A DNA stretch of 64,000 nucleotides. Source: an uncultured Planctomycetales bacterium (GTDB lineage: Bacteria; Omnitrophota; Gorgyraeia; Gygaellales; Profunditerraquicolaceae). A program made the position numbers and the translations under genes. The notes under the pieces are model-generated. The model ran no database searches and was not told where the DNA came from. It saw nothing but the letters and a program-made list of their open reading frames with translations. Location of the stretch: contig CAYXSY010000005.1 of the NCBI GenBank assembly GCA_964467905.1, positions 9,800 to 73,799 of the forward strand. Direction: 5' to 3'. This document shows positions 1-8,003 of this stretch, in pieces (within the stretch, counting starts at the first letter, position 1; each line of letters begins with the position of its first letter).

Positions 1-1613
1 GCAGCGATAACCCCGGATTTAAAAGAAACGGTTGTTCGTTCGGGATAGCCGATCAATATTTGGATATCTCAAGCGTAAATGATAATATAAATTCTGCGCG
101 TGGCACAATTTCTGCATGGGCCTATCCTACGGCCGAAGGCCAGAACCGTTATGTCATTCAGGGGCTTGGGGCTAATACCAATCGCTACTATATTCAATGG
201 AATAACGGCAGTTTTAATGTATGCCGCGGTAATCCCGGAGTATGCAGGAGGCTTATTGCTGATACGCCGTTAAACAGATGGTATGCCTTGGCTATGACCT
301 GGGATACTGTTGGATCGACGCAGGTTATGAAAGGATACCTGAATGGAGAATTGAAAGCAACTGCTAATTTCATAGCGACTAATGGTATAGGCGGGTCTTT
401 TAAAATAGGCACGCAAGGCACAGGCAAGGAATTCTTAGGTTTGATTGATGAGATAAGATTTTATGACCGCGCCTTAAGCGACGAAGAAGTAAGAGATCTT
501 TATGAATATGATAAATTAGCAGGATATCTACCTTTTGATAGAATGATTTCTAATGTAGTAGCAGAAAACTCCGGGTTATTCTCCGGTCAGATTTTCGGAC
601 CGATTGTATCAGATGTGGCAGTCAGGGGTAAGTCTTTCAGTTTTAACGGTAGCCAAGACTACATAGATTTTTATAAACAGCCGTTGCTTGATTTTACCAA
701 TTCCAAAGAATTATCTTTAAGTGTATGGGTAAACCAACGCTCAAGAGGCGATATAAACGATATCTATCAGGTTATTTATAATGATGCTAAAGGTTATGCC
801 GGAGAAAGCATTACTCTGGACATAGCCAAAGACGGGAAGATTTCGTGGGCGTACAACGATGGTTCAAAGCTCTACGGTGGTATATACTCGTGCGTTGTCC
901 CGTTAAATAAATGGACGTATATAGCTTCTACTTTTGGCAAGGATGGGGCCAATGTTTATCTTGATTCTCTAAAGTGCACATTAATCGCGCCTTTTACTAA
1001 AGATGTGCCTAGGAATAAAGGTAATACTCAAATAGGCAAAGTCGGTAATTTCTCTACCAGTTGTTTTGATGGGCTTATCGATGAATTAAAGATATTCAGG
1101 ACAGAGCTAGACCAGCAGCAAATAAAGGATTTGTTCTATGAAAACATAAATGCTGTCTGTGGTAATTTTGTTGACGCAGGTTGTGCTGCTCAATGTAGTT
1201 CAAGCGGCAGATCCGTTATTTTTATAGAAAATGGTAACGGTCCTTTAGCCTTGTCGGAAGATCCGCATGCAGCTAATCGTGATGTTGCCGGATGTTGCCC
1301 TTCTGCTAATATGTGTTTTGACGCAGTTGCCGGATGCGTATCTGCAGGCCAGAGTATAGAAGTTGTATCTACTGATCCCTCTACAGGGATGCAGACTTTT
1401 TATTCCAAGACTTGCCTTGATAATACCAATGTTGACGGAGCCATTGATATTGCAAACGATCTTAGCGCTAATCCTCTTGGTGAAAGCGGGAATCATCCCG
1501 GAGGCATCCCAGTATGGTGTAGCAGCGGGGCAGGTAATGATGGTAACGGGCTGTGTTATGATAAAAATAGAAACTACGGCATTAAATTCTGTGAAAAATT
1601 TGGGTGCAGATGA
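1..1613 (+). CDS. LamG/concanavalin-A-like lectin domain exported protein, 5'-partial, with Cys-rich C-terminal tail
   Basis: The reading frame starting at position 3 has no stop back to the window edge, so the TTG at 60 in the ORF track is probably internal. Two LamG-type modules end in IDEIRFYDRALSDEEVRDLY and IDELKIFRTELDQQQIKDLF. The last ~150 aa are Cys-rich (GCCPSANMC, GLCYDKN, FCEKFGC). Confidence 0.7.
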   Translation, partial: SDNPGFKRNGCSFGIADQYLDISSVNDNINSARGTISAWAYPTAEGQNRYVIQGLGANTNRYYIQWNNGSFNVCRGNPGVCRRLIADTPLNRWYALAMTWDTVGSTQVMKGYLNGELKATANFIATNGIGGSFKIGTQGTGKEFLGLIDEIRFYDRALSDEEVRDLYEYDKLAGYLPFDRMISNVVAENSGLFSGQIFGPIVSDVAVRGKSFSFNGSQDYIDFYKQPLLDFTNSKELSLSVWVNQRSRGDINDIYQVIYNDAKGYAGESITLDIAKDGKISWAYNDGSKLYGGIYSCVVPLNKWTYIASTFGKDGANVYLDSLKCTLIAPFTKDVPRNKGNTQIGKVGNFSTSCFDGLIDELKIFRTELDQQQIKDLFYENINAVCGNFVDAGCAAQCSSSGRSVIFIENGNGPLALSEDPHAANRDVAGCCPSANMCFDAVAGCVSAGQSIEVVSTDPSTGMQTFYSKTCLDNTNVDGAIDIANDLSANPLGESGNHPGGIPVWCSSGAGNDGNGLCYDKNRNYGIKFCEKFGCR

Positions 1614-2980
1614 TTAAAGTAAATACTAAAATGATAATAAAATCGTTTCATAAAGATTTAGGGTTATTTTTTGTTGCCTTATTTATTTTAGTTTTACTTT
1701 TAATGCCAGCAGGAAAATTGACAGCCGGGATAGCGGTAGAGTGTAATCCGGAAACCGAGGACCCTTGCATTTCTACTGATGGCTCGATTTTAAGGTGTGT
1801 GCCTAAGGGAGAGTGTTGTTGGGGGACATGCAGTGATGGAAGTTGCAGGGGCAATGATTTGTGCTGCCCGGAAGATAGAAGGTGTGTTGTTGATAATGGC
1901 CCAGGAGTACCTTCTTCTACATATTGCGTTTCTCCCGATGATTGTTGTGAGCAGGTTCAAAATAATTATACTCCCGGAGAAAGAAAATGTGTCAATGAGG
2001 ATCCCCCGCGATGCATAGAAAGAGGAAGTGGTGAATGTTGCGAGGGAGAAGAATTATGTGATGATGAAGCAAATACCTGTATAGACCCGGAGAAATCATG
2101 TTGTCCCGGAGAGCGTAAATGTGAAGAATCCGGACCTGGTGGTCGACCCATTTGCGTAGACGGTGATACAGGCTGTTGTCCGAATGATGAATTGTGCGCT
2201 GACGGCGTTACTTGTGTTTGCTCTGGCCCGGGTTGCCCGTATAACAGGAGGTGTTGTCCTGGTGAAAGAGTTTGCTACGGAGATGGCGCTTCCGAAGATC
2301 GTTGTGTTGCAGAATGCCAGCCATGTTCTTCTGATTGGAAGATTTGTGTTAGGAACGGAAGATGTGTTGAGATACCCCAAAATGATTGTTGCGAAGAGTG
2401 TGTCGAAGGGGAGCAAGAATGTCTTAAAGGGCAATGTAAAGATATTCTTGTAGATACTGATCCGGATAATGATCCATCTATCCCGGGGGCTATTTATAAT
2501 AAACATACAAAGAACTTTACCGATTCGGATTGGTTTGCTGCTAATAATCCGCCAAGCGGTCCGTCTTATATTATCCGCCAGCATAGAGTCAGGAGAAATT
2601 TAGATGCAGGTAGATACGAAACATACTACGAAGATACATATTGCCCTACGGGGACTTTTGTCCATGGAACAGCTAAGGCGCCCAATGGCCTGCTTATTGC
2701 TGTCTGTGGGGTCTGGAAATGTTCTGACCCTGATTGCCAGGGCCCGGAAGAAGATCCCTGCCGCGGACATCTCTATAAATCAACATCTGCTTCTGCGTAT
2801 TTCCAATTAGCCAACGGCGAAAAGAAATATTCAGCTGTTCTGCCTGACCGTTGCGATGGCCTGAATATCTGGGAAGCCAGGTGTGTTTCCGATAATAACG
2901 GCGGGATGATCGCTGTCCCCTATGTCAGAAGCTGTCCTAATGATGGTCGTGGTTGTTCTGATGGGGCGTGTAATCCGTAA
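1604..2980 (+). CDS. membrane-anchored or secreted cysteine-rich repeat protein (CC-x5-C units), function unknown
   Basis: It has one N-terminal hydrophobic helix (LGLFFVALFILVLLLMPAG). About 8 units follow, built on vicinal Cys pairs (CCPEDRRC, CCEGEELC, CCPGERKC, CCPNDELC, CCPGERVC, CCEECVEGEQEC). I count about 52 Cys in 458 aa by eye. A DTDPDNDP linker leads into a distinct C-terminal domain. The gene overlaps the upstream gene by 10 nt. The start could be 1604, 1610 or 1631. Confidence 0.6.
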   Translation: MQMIKVNTKMIIKSFHKDLGLFFVALFILVLLLMPAGKLTAGIAVECNPETEDPCISTDGSILRCVPKGECCWGTCSDGSCRGNDLCCPEDRRCVVDNGPGVPSSTYCVSPDDCCEQVQNNYTPGERKCVNEDPPRCIERGSGECCEGEELCDDEANTCIDPEKSCCPGERKCEESGPGGRPICVDGDTGCCPNDELCADGVTCVCSGPGCPYNRRCCPGERVCYGDGASEDRCVAECQPCSSDWKICVRNGRCVEIPQNDCCEECVEGEQECLKGQCKDILVDTDPDNDPSIPGAIYNKHTKNFTDSDWFAANNPPSGPSYIIRQHRVRRNLDAGRYETYYEDTYCPTGTFVHGTAKAPNGLLIAVCGVWKCSDPDCQGPEEDPCRGHLYKSTSASAYFQLANGEKKYSAVLPDRCDGLNIWEARCVSDNNGGMIAVPYVRSCPNDGRGCSDGACNP

Positions 2981-3050
2981 ATAACCGCTTTATGTGTAGT
3001 TCTATATATTAGAATAAATAGAATAAGGGATACCCGCGTTAATAATTCGC

Positions 3051-3079
3051 TTGACCGCTATACAGAACCGCAGTAATCT
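3051..3079 (+). promoter_or_regulatory. candidate sigma70-type promoter (TTGACC-N17-TAATCT) upstream of the DsbA-like gene
   Basis: ttgacc lies at 3051-3056, followed by a 17-nt spacer and taatct at 3074-3079. The site is about 57 nt upstream of the ATG at 3136. Confidence 0.35.
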
Positions 3080-3135
3080 ATTAAAACCAACCGCAAAAAT
3101 AATGTTATAAGCTGATTTAGATTAAGGAGGCGTAA

Positions 3136-3891
3136 ATGAATGACAACGCTAAGAATATTTGGATAGCTGTAGCTATGGTTTTGGCAGCTTTGATATTAGG
3201 GAGCTGTTTTATTATCGGCATAACTATGTTAACCAGTACCATTAATAACAAAGAGATAATAATTTCGGATAAGAGCTTAGACAAATTGACTGTTGCTATC
3301 CAGAGCCTTAGGCAGAATCAAGTTGTGCCTCAGCCGAAAATGCCGCAGCCGGGAGAGAAAAGGGTAGAGAATGCGGGTGTCGGCGCAACGCCGATAAGGG
3401 GCAAAAGCAGCGCCAAAGTTCTTATGATTGAGTTTAGCGATTTCCAGTGTCCGTTTTCAAAAAGATTCTACAGCGGTTCATTCCCGCAGCTGCAAAAAGA
3501 CTATATCGATACCGGCAAGGTTAAATTCGCCTACCGCGATTATCCTTTGGGATTCCATCCACATGCAAAACCGGCAGCCATAGCCAGCCGTTGCGCGGAT
3601 AAGCAGGGTAAGTTCTGGCAGATGTATGATAAGCTCATGAGTAATAACGCTGTTGACCAGGATAATATCAAGAGATATGCCCAGGAGATAGGGTTAAACT
3701 CTGCCAGCTTTGAAAAGTGTCTTGCTGATTCTTCAGTGGCTAAAGCAGTGGATAAAGATATGGAAGAGGCTAATAAGCTTGGCGTTCAGGGTACGCCGGC
3801 TTTCTTTATCAACGGCCGTTTTATAGAAGGCGCTTATCCCTACGAGGTGTTCAAGAAGATAATTGATGAAGAACTATCCGGTAAGAAATAG
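3136..3891 (+). CDS. DsbA-family thioredoxin-fold protein, membrane-anchored, with a CPFS (monothiol) active-site motif
   Basis: A strong RBS (aaggagg) precedes the ATG. There is an N-terminal TM helix. The DsbA-like block is VLMIEFSDFQCPFSKRF...GTPAFFINGRF. The second active-site codon is TCA (Ser), where CxxC family members have Cys. Confidence 0.75.
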   Translation: MNDNAKNIWIAVAMVLAALILGSCFIIGITMLTSTINNKEIIISDKSLDKLTVAIQSLRQNQVVPQPKMPQPGEKRVENAGVGATPIRGKSSAKVLMIEFSDFQCPFSKRFYSGSFPQLQKDYIDTGKVKFAYRDYPLGFHPHAKPAAIASRCADKQGKFWQMYDKLMSNNAVDQDNIKRYAQEIGLNSASFEKCLADSSVAKAVDKDMEEANKLGVQGTPAFFINGRFIEGAYPYEVFKKIIDEELSGKK

Positions 3892-3911
3892 ATATCAGCT
3901 GTCCAATTCAG

Positions 3912-3940
3912 TTGACAATTGCTCGCATATATGGTAAATT
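3912..3940 (+). promoter_or_regulatory. sigma70-type promoter TTGACA-N17-TAAATT directly abutting the bamD start
   Basis: ttgaca lies at 3912-3917, followed by a 17-nt spacer and taaatt at 3935-3940. The ATG of the signal peptide is at 3949, only 8 nt after the -10 element. Confidence 0.5.
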
Positions 3941-3948
3941 TGGTTACT

Positions 3949-4893
3949 ATGAAACGTATAGCTATCTTATTAGTTTTATTACTGTTTTGTTTCTCAAATA
4001 ACGCCTATTCTTATTGGATTTGGACGCCTAAGACCAATAAATGGGTTAATCCTAAGACTGCGGTCAAGGCCACGCCTAAGGAACAATTTGAATATGCCAT
4101 GGGGTTCTATGATGCTAAGAGCTACGATGAGGCCAAAAGAGAGTTTAAGAAACTGATAAGGAATTATCCTAAGTCACTTGAGGCAGCAGAAAGCCAGTAT
4201 TATCTTGGGCTTACAGAGGAGAACCAAGGCAACCTATACGAGGCGTTTCAGGCTTACCAGAAAGTCATTGATACCTATCCTTTTTCCAGCAGAATCCAGG
4301 AAATAATCGAGCGTCAATACAAAATAGGCGAGGAGTTTATGTCAGGCTACAAGCGTAAAGCCTTAGGCGTTGCCCTGCCTGTTGAGAATCCTTCCATAGA
4401 AATATTTACCAAGGTCGTCGAGAATTCTACTTATGGCCCTCTGGCAGCCAAGGCCCAGTATAAATTAGGTTTAGTGTTAAAGAGCTTGGGGCGTTATTAT
4501 GAAGCAGAAGATGCCTTTAATAAAGTTATCACTAATTATGCGGACAGCGAGTGGGTTGAAGCAGCTAAATTTCAAATTGCTGCTTGCCGGGCCAGCCTTT
4601 CACGTAGTTCAGACTATGACCAGGGTGCGACAAAGGAGGCTAAGGATAAATTTGAACAGTTTGTCCGGGAGCATCCAGATGCCGTCCTTTCCCGTGAAGC
4701 CGAAAAGAGTATTGATGAACTGAAGGAAAAAGAAGCCCAGAGCAGTTATAATATAGGTTTATTCTATGAGAAGCAGGGCGCTTATGCTTCAGCCAGAGTT
4801 TATTATAATGATATAGTAGATAAATATCCGAGGAGCAAATGGGCTGCTAAGGCATTAGAGCGCCTCGGTATACTGGATAAGAAAAAGAGATGA
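3949..4893 (+). CDS. bamD: outer membrane protein assembly factor BamD (TPR lipoprotein)
   Basis: The signal peptide MKRIAILLVLLLFCFSNNAYS begins at the internal ATG 3949. The ORF-track TTG at 3919 lies inside the promoter. TPR-like repeats are present (YYLGL...G.YEEA, AQYKLGLVLKSLGRYYEAEDAFNKV). The gene sits upstream of lptE-holA. Confidence 0.7.
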   Translation: MKRIAILLVLLLFCFSNNAYSYWIWTPKTNKWVNPKTAVKATPKEQFEYAMGFYDAKSYDEAKREFKKLIRNYPKSLEAAESQYYLGLTEENQGNLYEAFQAYQKVIDTYPFSSRIQEIIERQYKIGEEFMSGYKRKALGVALPVENPSIEIFTKVVENSTYGPLAAKAQYKLGLVLKSLGRYYEAEDAFNKVITNYADSEWVEAAKFQIAACRASLSRSSDYDQGATKEAKDKFEQFVREHPDAVLSREAEKSIDELKEKEAQSSYNIGLFYEKQGAYASARVYYNDIVDKYPRSKWAAKALERLGILDKKKR

Positions 4894-5435
4894 AGAAGGG
4901 TATTTTTGTATTAAGTATTTTTTGTTTGTTTCTTGGCTGCATCGCCGGATGCGGTTATACTACGCGCTCACTGATTGCCGATAAGTATAGCACTATCTAC
5001 GTAGATAATTTTATTAATAAGATAGACATAACCCGCGAGGGTGACGCAGAGATGCGCTATAAGATATATAAGCCTACCCTGGAAGTAGATATTACCCGTG
5101 CTATTATAGACAGGCTTATTTTTGACGGTAATCTGAAGCCGGTTAAGATAGGCGATGCGGATTTGACGCTTAAAGGCGAGTTGGTTGCTTTCGATAGAGA
5201 TCCTCTTAAATACACAAACAATGATGAGGTTGCCGAATATAGAATAAACGTAAGAATAAATATGGTTCTCAAGGATAACAAAGCGGATAAAGAGCTTTGG
5301 CGGGAAAATAACTTTACAGGCAGTAAGGCATATTTTACTACGGGGCCTTATGCGCAATCAGATGATTCAGCAGTGCATGAAGCGGTGGTTGATTTGGGCC
5401 GTAGGGTAGTAGAGCGCATTGTCGAAGAATGGTAG
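4890..5435 (+). CDS. lptE: LPS-assembly lipoprotein LptE-like
   Basis: A lipobox is present (LFLGCIAGCGYTTRS). Size and pattern fit LptE. It lies immediately upstream of a holA-like gene, which is the lptE-holA order known from E. coli. Confidence 0.6.
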   Translation: MKKGIFVLSIFCLFLGCIAGCGYTTRSLIADKYSTIYVDNFINKIDITREGDAEMRYKIYKPTLEVDITRAIIDRLIFDGNLKPVKIGDADLTLKGELVAFDRDPLKYTNNDEVAEYRINVRINMVLKDNKADKELWRENNFTGSKAYFTTGPYAQSDDSAVHEAVVDLGRRVVERIVEEW

Positions 5436-6109
5436 CCAGCCAGGTTGGTAGTCTACACGTTTTCCTGGGGCTTGATATAATCGGCCCTGACGGAAAATCC
5501 AGGAAGCAAATCACACTCAATAATATAAAATCCAGTGTTTTCAGAGCAGGCGCAGATATCTTTAATCTTGATGTCGTGCATTCTAAAGAGCTTACCTTAA
5601 AAGACCTGCAGAAGTTTTTTCTACAGCTGCCGGTTAATTCTCAGAATAGGATTATTGTAATTAAGGATTCGAAACATCTTAAACCAGAGTTAAAAGATTT
5701 TATCTTAGCTGAAGTTGCCAGTGGGCTTAAGAATGGTTTAATTTTGATTTTTGATGTTAACGAATCAAACCCCAAGGATGATTTCTTGGCTAAGATTATG
5801 AGTAAAGCGCGGGTATGGCGTTTCCGTCAGGAAATCCAGAACAATACTTTTACTCTTACCCGTCAGATAGAAGCAAAAAAGAGTGCCTCAGCCCTGAAGA
5901 TATTAAATCAGCTTCTTAAAGACGGAGAAAAGCCGGAAAGAATCTTAGGTGGGTTAAGGTATGCCTGGATGAACGATTTAGCCACTCCTTTAGAGAAGAA
6001 AAAAAGGCTTAAAATGCTTCTTGACTGCGACCTGGAGATTAAGACAGGCAGAGTAAAAGGTGATTTTGCTCTTGAAAGGCTGGTAGTCAGGTTATGCGCC
6101 TCTAGATAA
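5429..6109 (+). CDS. holA: DNA polymerase III delta subunit (HolA)-like, compact (226 aa)
   Basis: The C-terminal pattern ILGGLRYAWMN...LLDCDLEIKTGRVKGDFALERLVVRL resembles HolA domain III. Synteny with lptE supports the call. The protein is about 110 aa shorter than typical HolA. Confidence 0.5.
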   Translation: MVASQVGSLHVFLGLDIIGPDGKSRKQITLNNIKSSVFRAGADIFNLDVVHSKELTLKDLQKFFLQLPVNSQNRIIVIKDSKHLKPELKDFILAEVASGLKNGLILIFDVNESNPKDDFLAKIMSKARVWRFRQEIQNNTFTLTRQIEAKKSASALKILNQLLKDGEKPERILGGLRYAWMNDLATPLEKKKRLKMLLDCDLEIKTGRVKGDFALERLVVRLCASR

Positions 6110-6355
6110 CTTCAGCGTTAGGCGTGATTTCTTTCTGTCCGCCATTCTTTTATGGATAACGTTCTTTTTGGCAGCTTTATCGAGCTGGGAAAAAGCTTTT
6201 TGCAGAAGGGTCTTTGCCTCGGCGATGTTTTTTGCCAGAATTAACTCGTTAAATTTCTTGAGTGTCTTTTTTAAATCGCGCTTAACATTTAGATTTCTTA
6301 TACGTTTCTTTTTGTCCGCGCGTTTTCTTTTTAATGAAGTTCTGCGTCTTGGCAT
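6092..6355 (-). CDS. rpsT: 30S ribosomal protein S20
   Basis: An 87-aa basic protein, MPRRRTSLKRKRADKKKRIRNLNVKRDLKK...KNVIHKRMADRKKSRL. An AAGGAG RBS lies upstream on the minus strand. Confidence 0.9.
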   Translation of the reverse strand: MPRRRTSLKRKRADKKKRIRNLNVKRDLKKTLKKFNELILAKNIAEAKTLLQKAFSQLDKAAKKNVIHKRMADRKKSRLTLKLSRGA

Positions 6356-6422
6356 TTTTTTCTCCTTAAGTTATATATATTGGGTTAAATTAATAGGTCA
6401 CTTATAGCATAATTGGATAAAA

Positions 6423-8003
6423 GTGTCAATACTAAACCCAGCCTCTAAAGAATCCGAGTATCACCACCGTCATATAGCCAAATCCAGCACTTTGATTGGC
6501 ATAGCGACATTTCTGTCCCGTCTTCTGGGATTTATCCGCGATATCGTTATTGCCAGGCTTTTTGGGGTTTATGTTTATGCCCAGGCTTTTGTAGTTGCTT
6601 TTAAAATCCCCAATCTTTTGCGCGATTTTCTGGCAGAAGGAGCAGCTAACGCTGCTTTTGTTCCGGTTTTCAGCGAATACTTATCAAAACGCAGCAAAGA
6701 AGAGTTCTGGGAGTTAGCTAATGTAATCCTCAATCTTCTTTTAGTTTTATTGACCTTAATTACAATAGCCGGTGTGTTGCTGGCGCCGGTTTTAGTGCGC
6801 CTTATCGCTCCCGGTTTTTTGTCCGATCCTTACAAATTAAGCGCAACGATAAACCTGACCCGCGTTATATTCCCTTATATTATGTTAATTGCCCTGGCTG
6901 CATACGCTACGGCAATATTAAATTCGCTGCGGTATTTTTCTCTCCCTGCTTTTGCGCCATGTTTATTAAATATTTCTATCATAGCTTTTGCTTTAGCTTT
7001 CGGGGAGAATACCGCAGGACTGGCATTGGGCGTCTTAGCCGGAGGCCTTCTGCAGCTTTTGATACAGGTTCCGGTCTTGTATAAGAAAGGATTCCGCCCG
7101 TCGTTATTCAGGCGCTTCAGGCATCCTGCGGCATCCGAAGTTGGCAAACTTATGGTTCCGCGGCTTGCCTCAACCTCAATATATCAGCTTAATAACTTTG
7201 TAGACTCTATTTTTGGATCACTGGCTAGAATTGTCGGGGAGGGGGGAGTAGCCGTACTTTACTTTGCTTACCGGCTCATACAATTCCCAATAGGCATATT
7301 CAGCAATGCGCTTTCGCAGGCGATATTACCTACCTTGTCTACGCAGGCAGCCGGTGGTGACAAAGAGAGTATGAAAAATACATTTTTATGGGGCTTGCGG
7401 ATGGTTTTTTTTGTTATGATCCCGGCGCAGGTAGGTTTTATGGTTTTATCCAGGCCGATTATACAATCTTTGTTTGAAGGGGGAAAATTCGATACCTACG
7501 CTACATTACAGACTGCAGACGTACTGTTTTTTTATTCCATAGGGCTTTTTGCTTATGGCTCAACCAAAGTTACTCAGTGTGCTTTTTTTGCACTTAAAGA
7601 TACGGTAACTCCTACTAAGGTGTCGGCCCTTACTTTGGCGCTGAATATAATTTTTAATGCCATATTTATGTTCCCCTTAAAAGTAGCCGGCCTTGCCCTT
7701 GCTACTTCAGTTTCGGGGATTATTTCTTTCTTTGTTTTGCTATCTTTGCTTGAGAAGAAAGTCGGGGATATGGATATGCGGGAGGCTAGTTTTTCCTTTA
7801 TCAAGATGTTAGTGGCCAGTTTAGCTATGGGGCTGATTTGTTCTTTACTTTACAGAAGCCTTAACTTAGGAGCGGGTTATCTCAATAAGCTGCTAGTTTT
7901 GATTATTACCGTTATGACGGCAGCATTATCGTATGTTTTATTTTGTTTTTTATTAAGGGTACAAGAGATACATCAGATACGCAGCTGGATAAAGAGAAGA
8001 TAA
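6423..8003 (+). CDS. murJ: lipid II flippase MurJ (MviN)
   Basis: A 526-aa polytopic membrane protein with the typical MurJ N-terminus (TLIGIATFLSRLLGFIRDIVIARLFG...FVVAFKIPNLLRDFLAEGAANAAFVPVFSEY). It uses a GTG start. Confidence 0.9.
   Translation: MSILNPASKESEYHHRHIAKSSTLIGIATFLSRLLGFIRDIVIARLFGVYVYAQAFVVAFKIPNLLRDFLAEGAANAAFVPVFSEYLSKRSKEEFWELANVILNLLLVLLTLITIAGVLLAPVLVRLIAPGFLSDPYKLSATINLTRVIFPYIMLIALAAYATAILNSLRYFSLPAFAPCLLNISIIAFALAFGENTAGLALGVLAGGLLQLLIQVPVLYKKGFRPSLFRRFRHPAASEVGKLMVPRLASTSIYQLNNFVDSIFGSLARIVGEGGVAVLYFAYRLIQFPIGIFSNALSQAILPTLSTQAAGGDKESMKNTFLWGLRMVFFVMIPAQVGFMVLSRPIIQSLFEGGKFDTYATLQTADVLFFYSIGLFAYGSTKVTQCAFFALKDTVTPTKVSALTLALNIIFNAIFMFPLKVAGLALATSVSGIISFFVLLSLLEKKVGDMDMREASFSFIKMLVASLAMGLICSLLYRSLNLGAGYLNKLLVLIITVMTAALSYVLFCFLLRVQEIHQIRSWIKRR

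Noticed and set aside
1700-2500. Locally higher GC content in the cysteine-repeat gene as evidence of horizontal transfer
   Set aside because: The shift is explained by amino-acid composition, since Cys, Gly, Pro and Glu/Asp codons dominate. No flanking integrase, tRNA or direct repeats are present.
2096-2584. A 162-aa minus-strand ORF, plus several 60-100-aa ORFs in both strands, inside the cysteine-repeat gene
   Set aside because: It is antisense to a long ORF that has a clear repeat structure. Its sequence is low-complexity (runs of I, R and T) with no start-site signals. It is a typical shadow ORF produced by biased codon composition.
6092-6109. An 18-nt convergent overlap of the holA and rpsT 3' ends as a possible annotation error
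   Set aside because: Both reading frames are well supported up to their stops. Short convergent overlaps are common in compact genomes, so nothing further is claimed.
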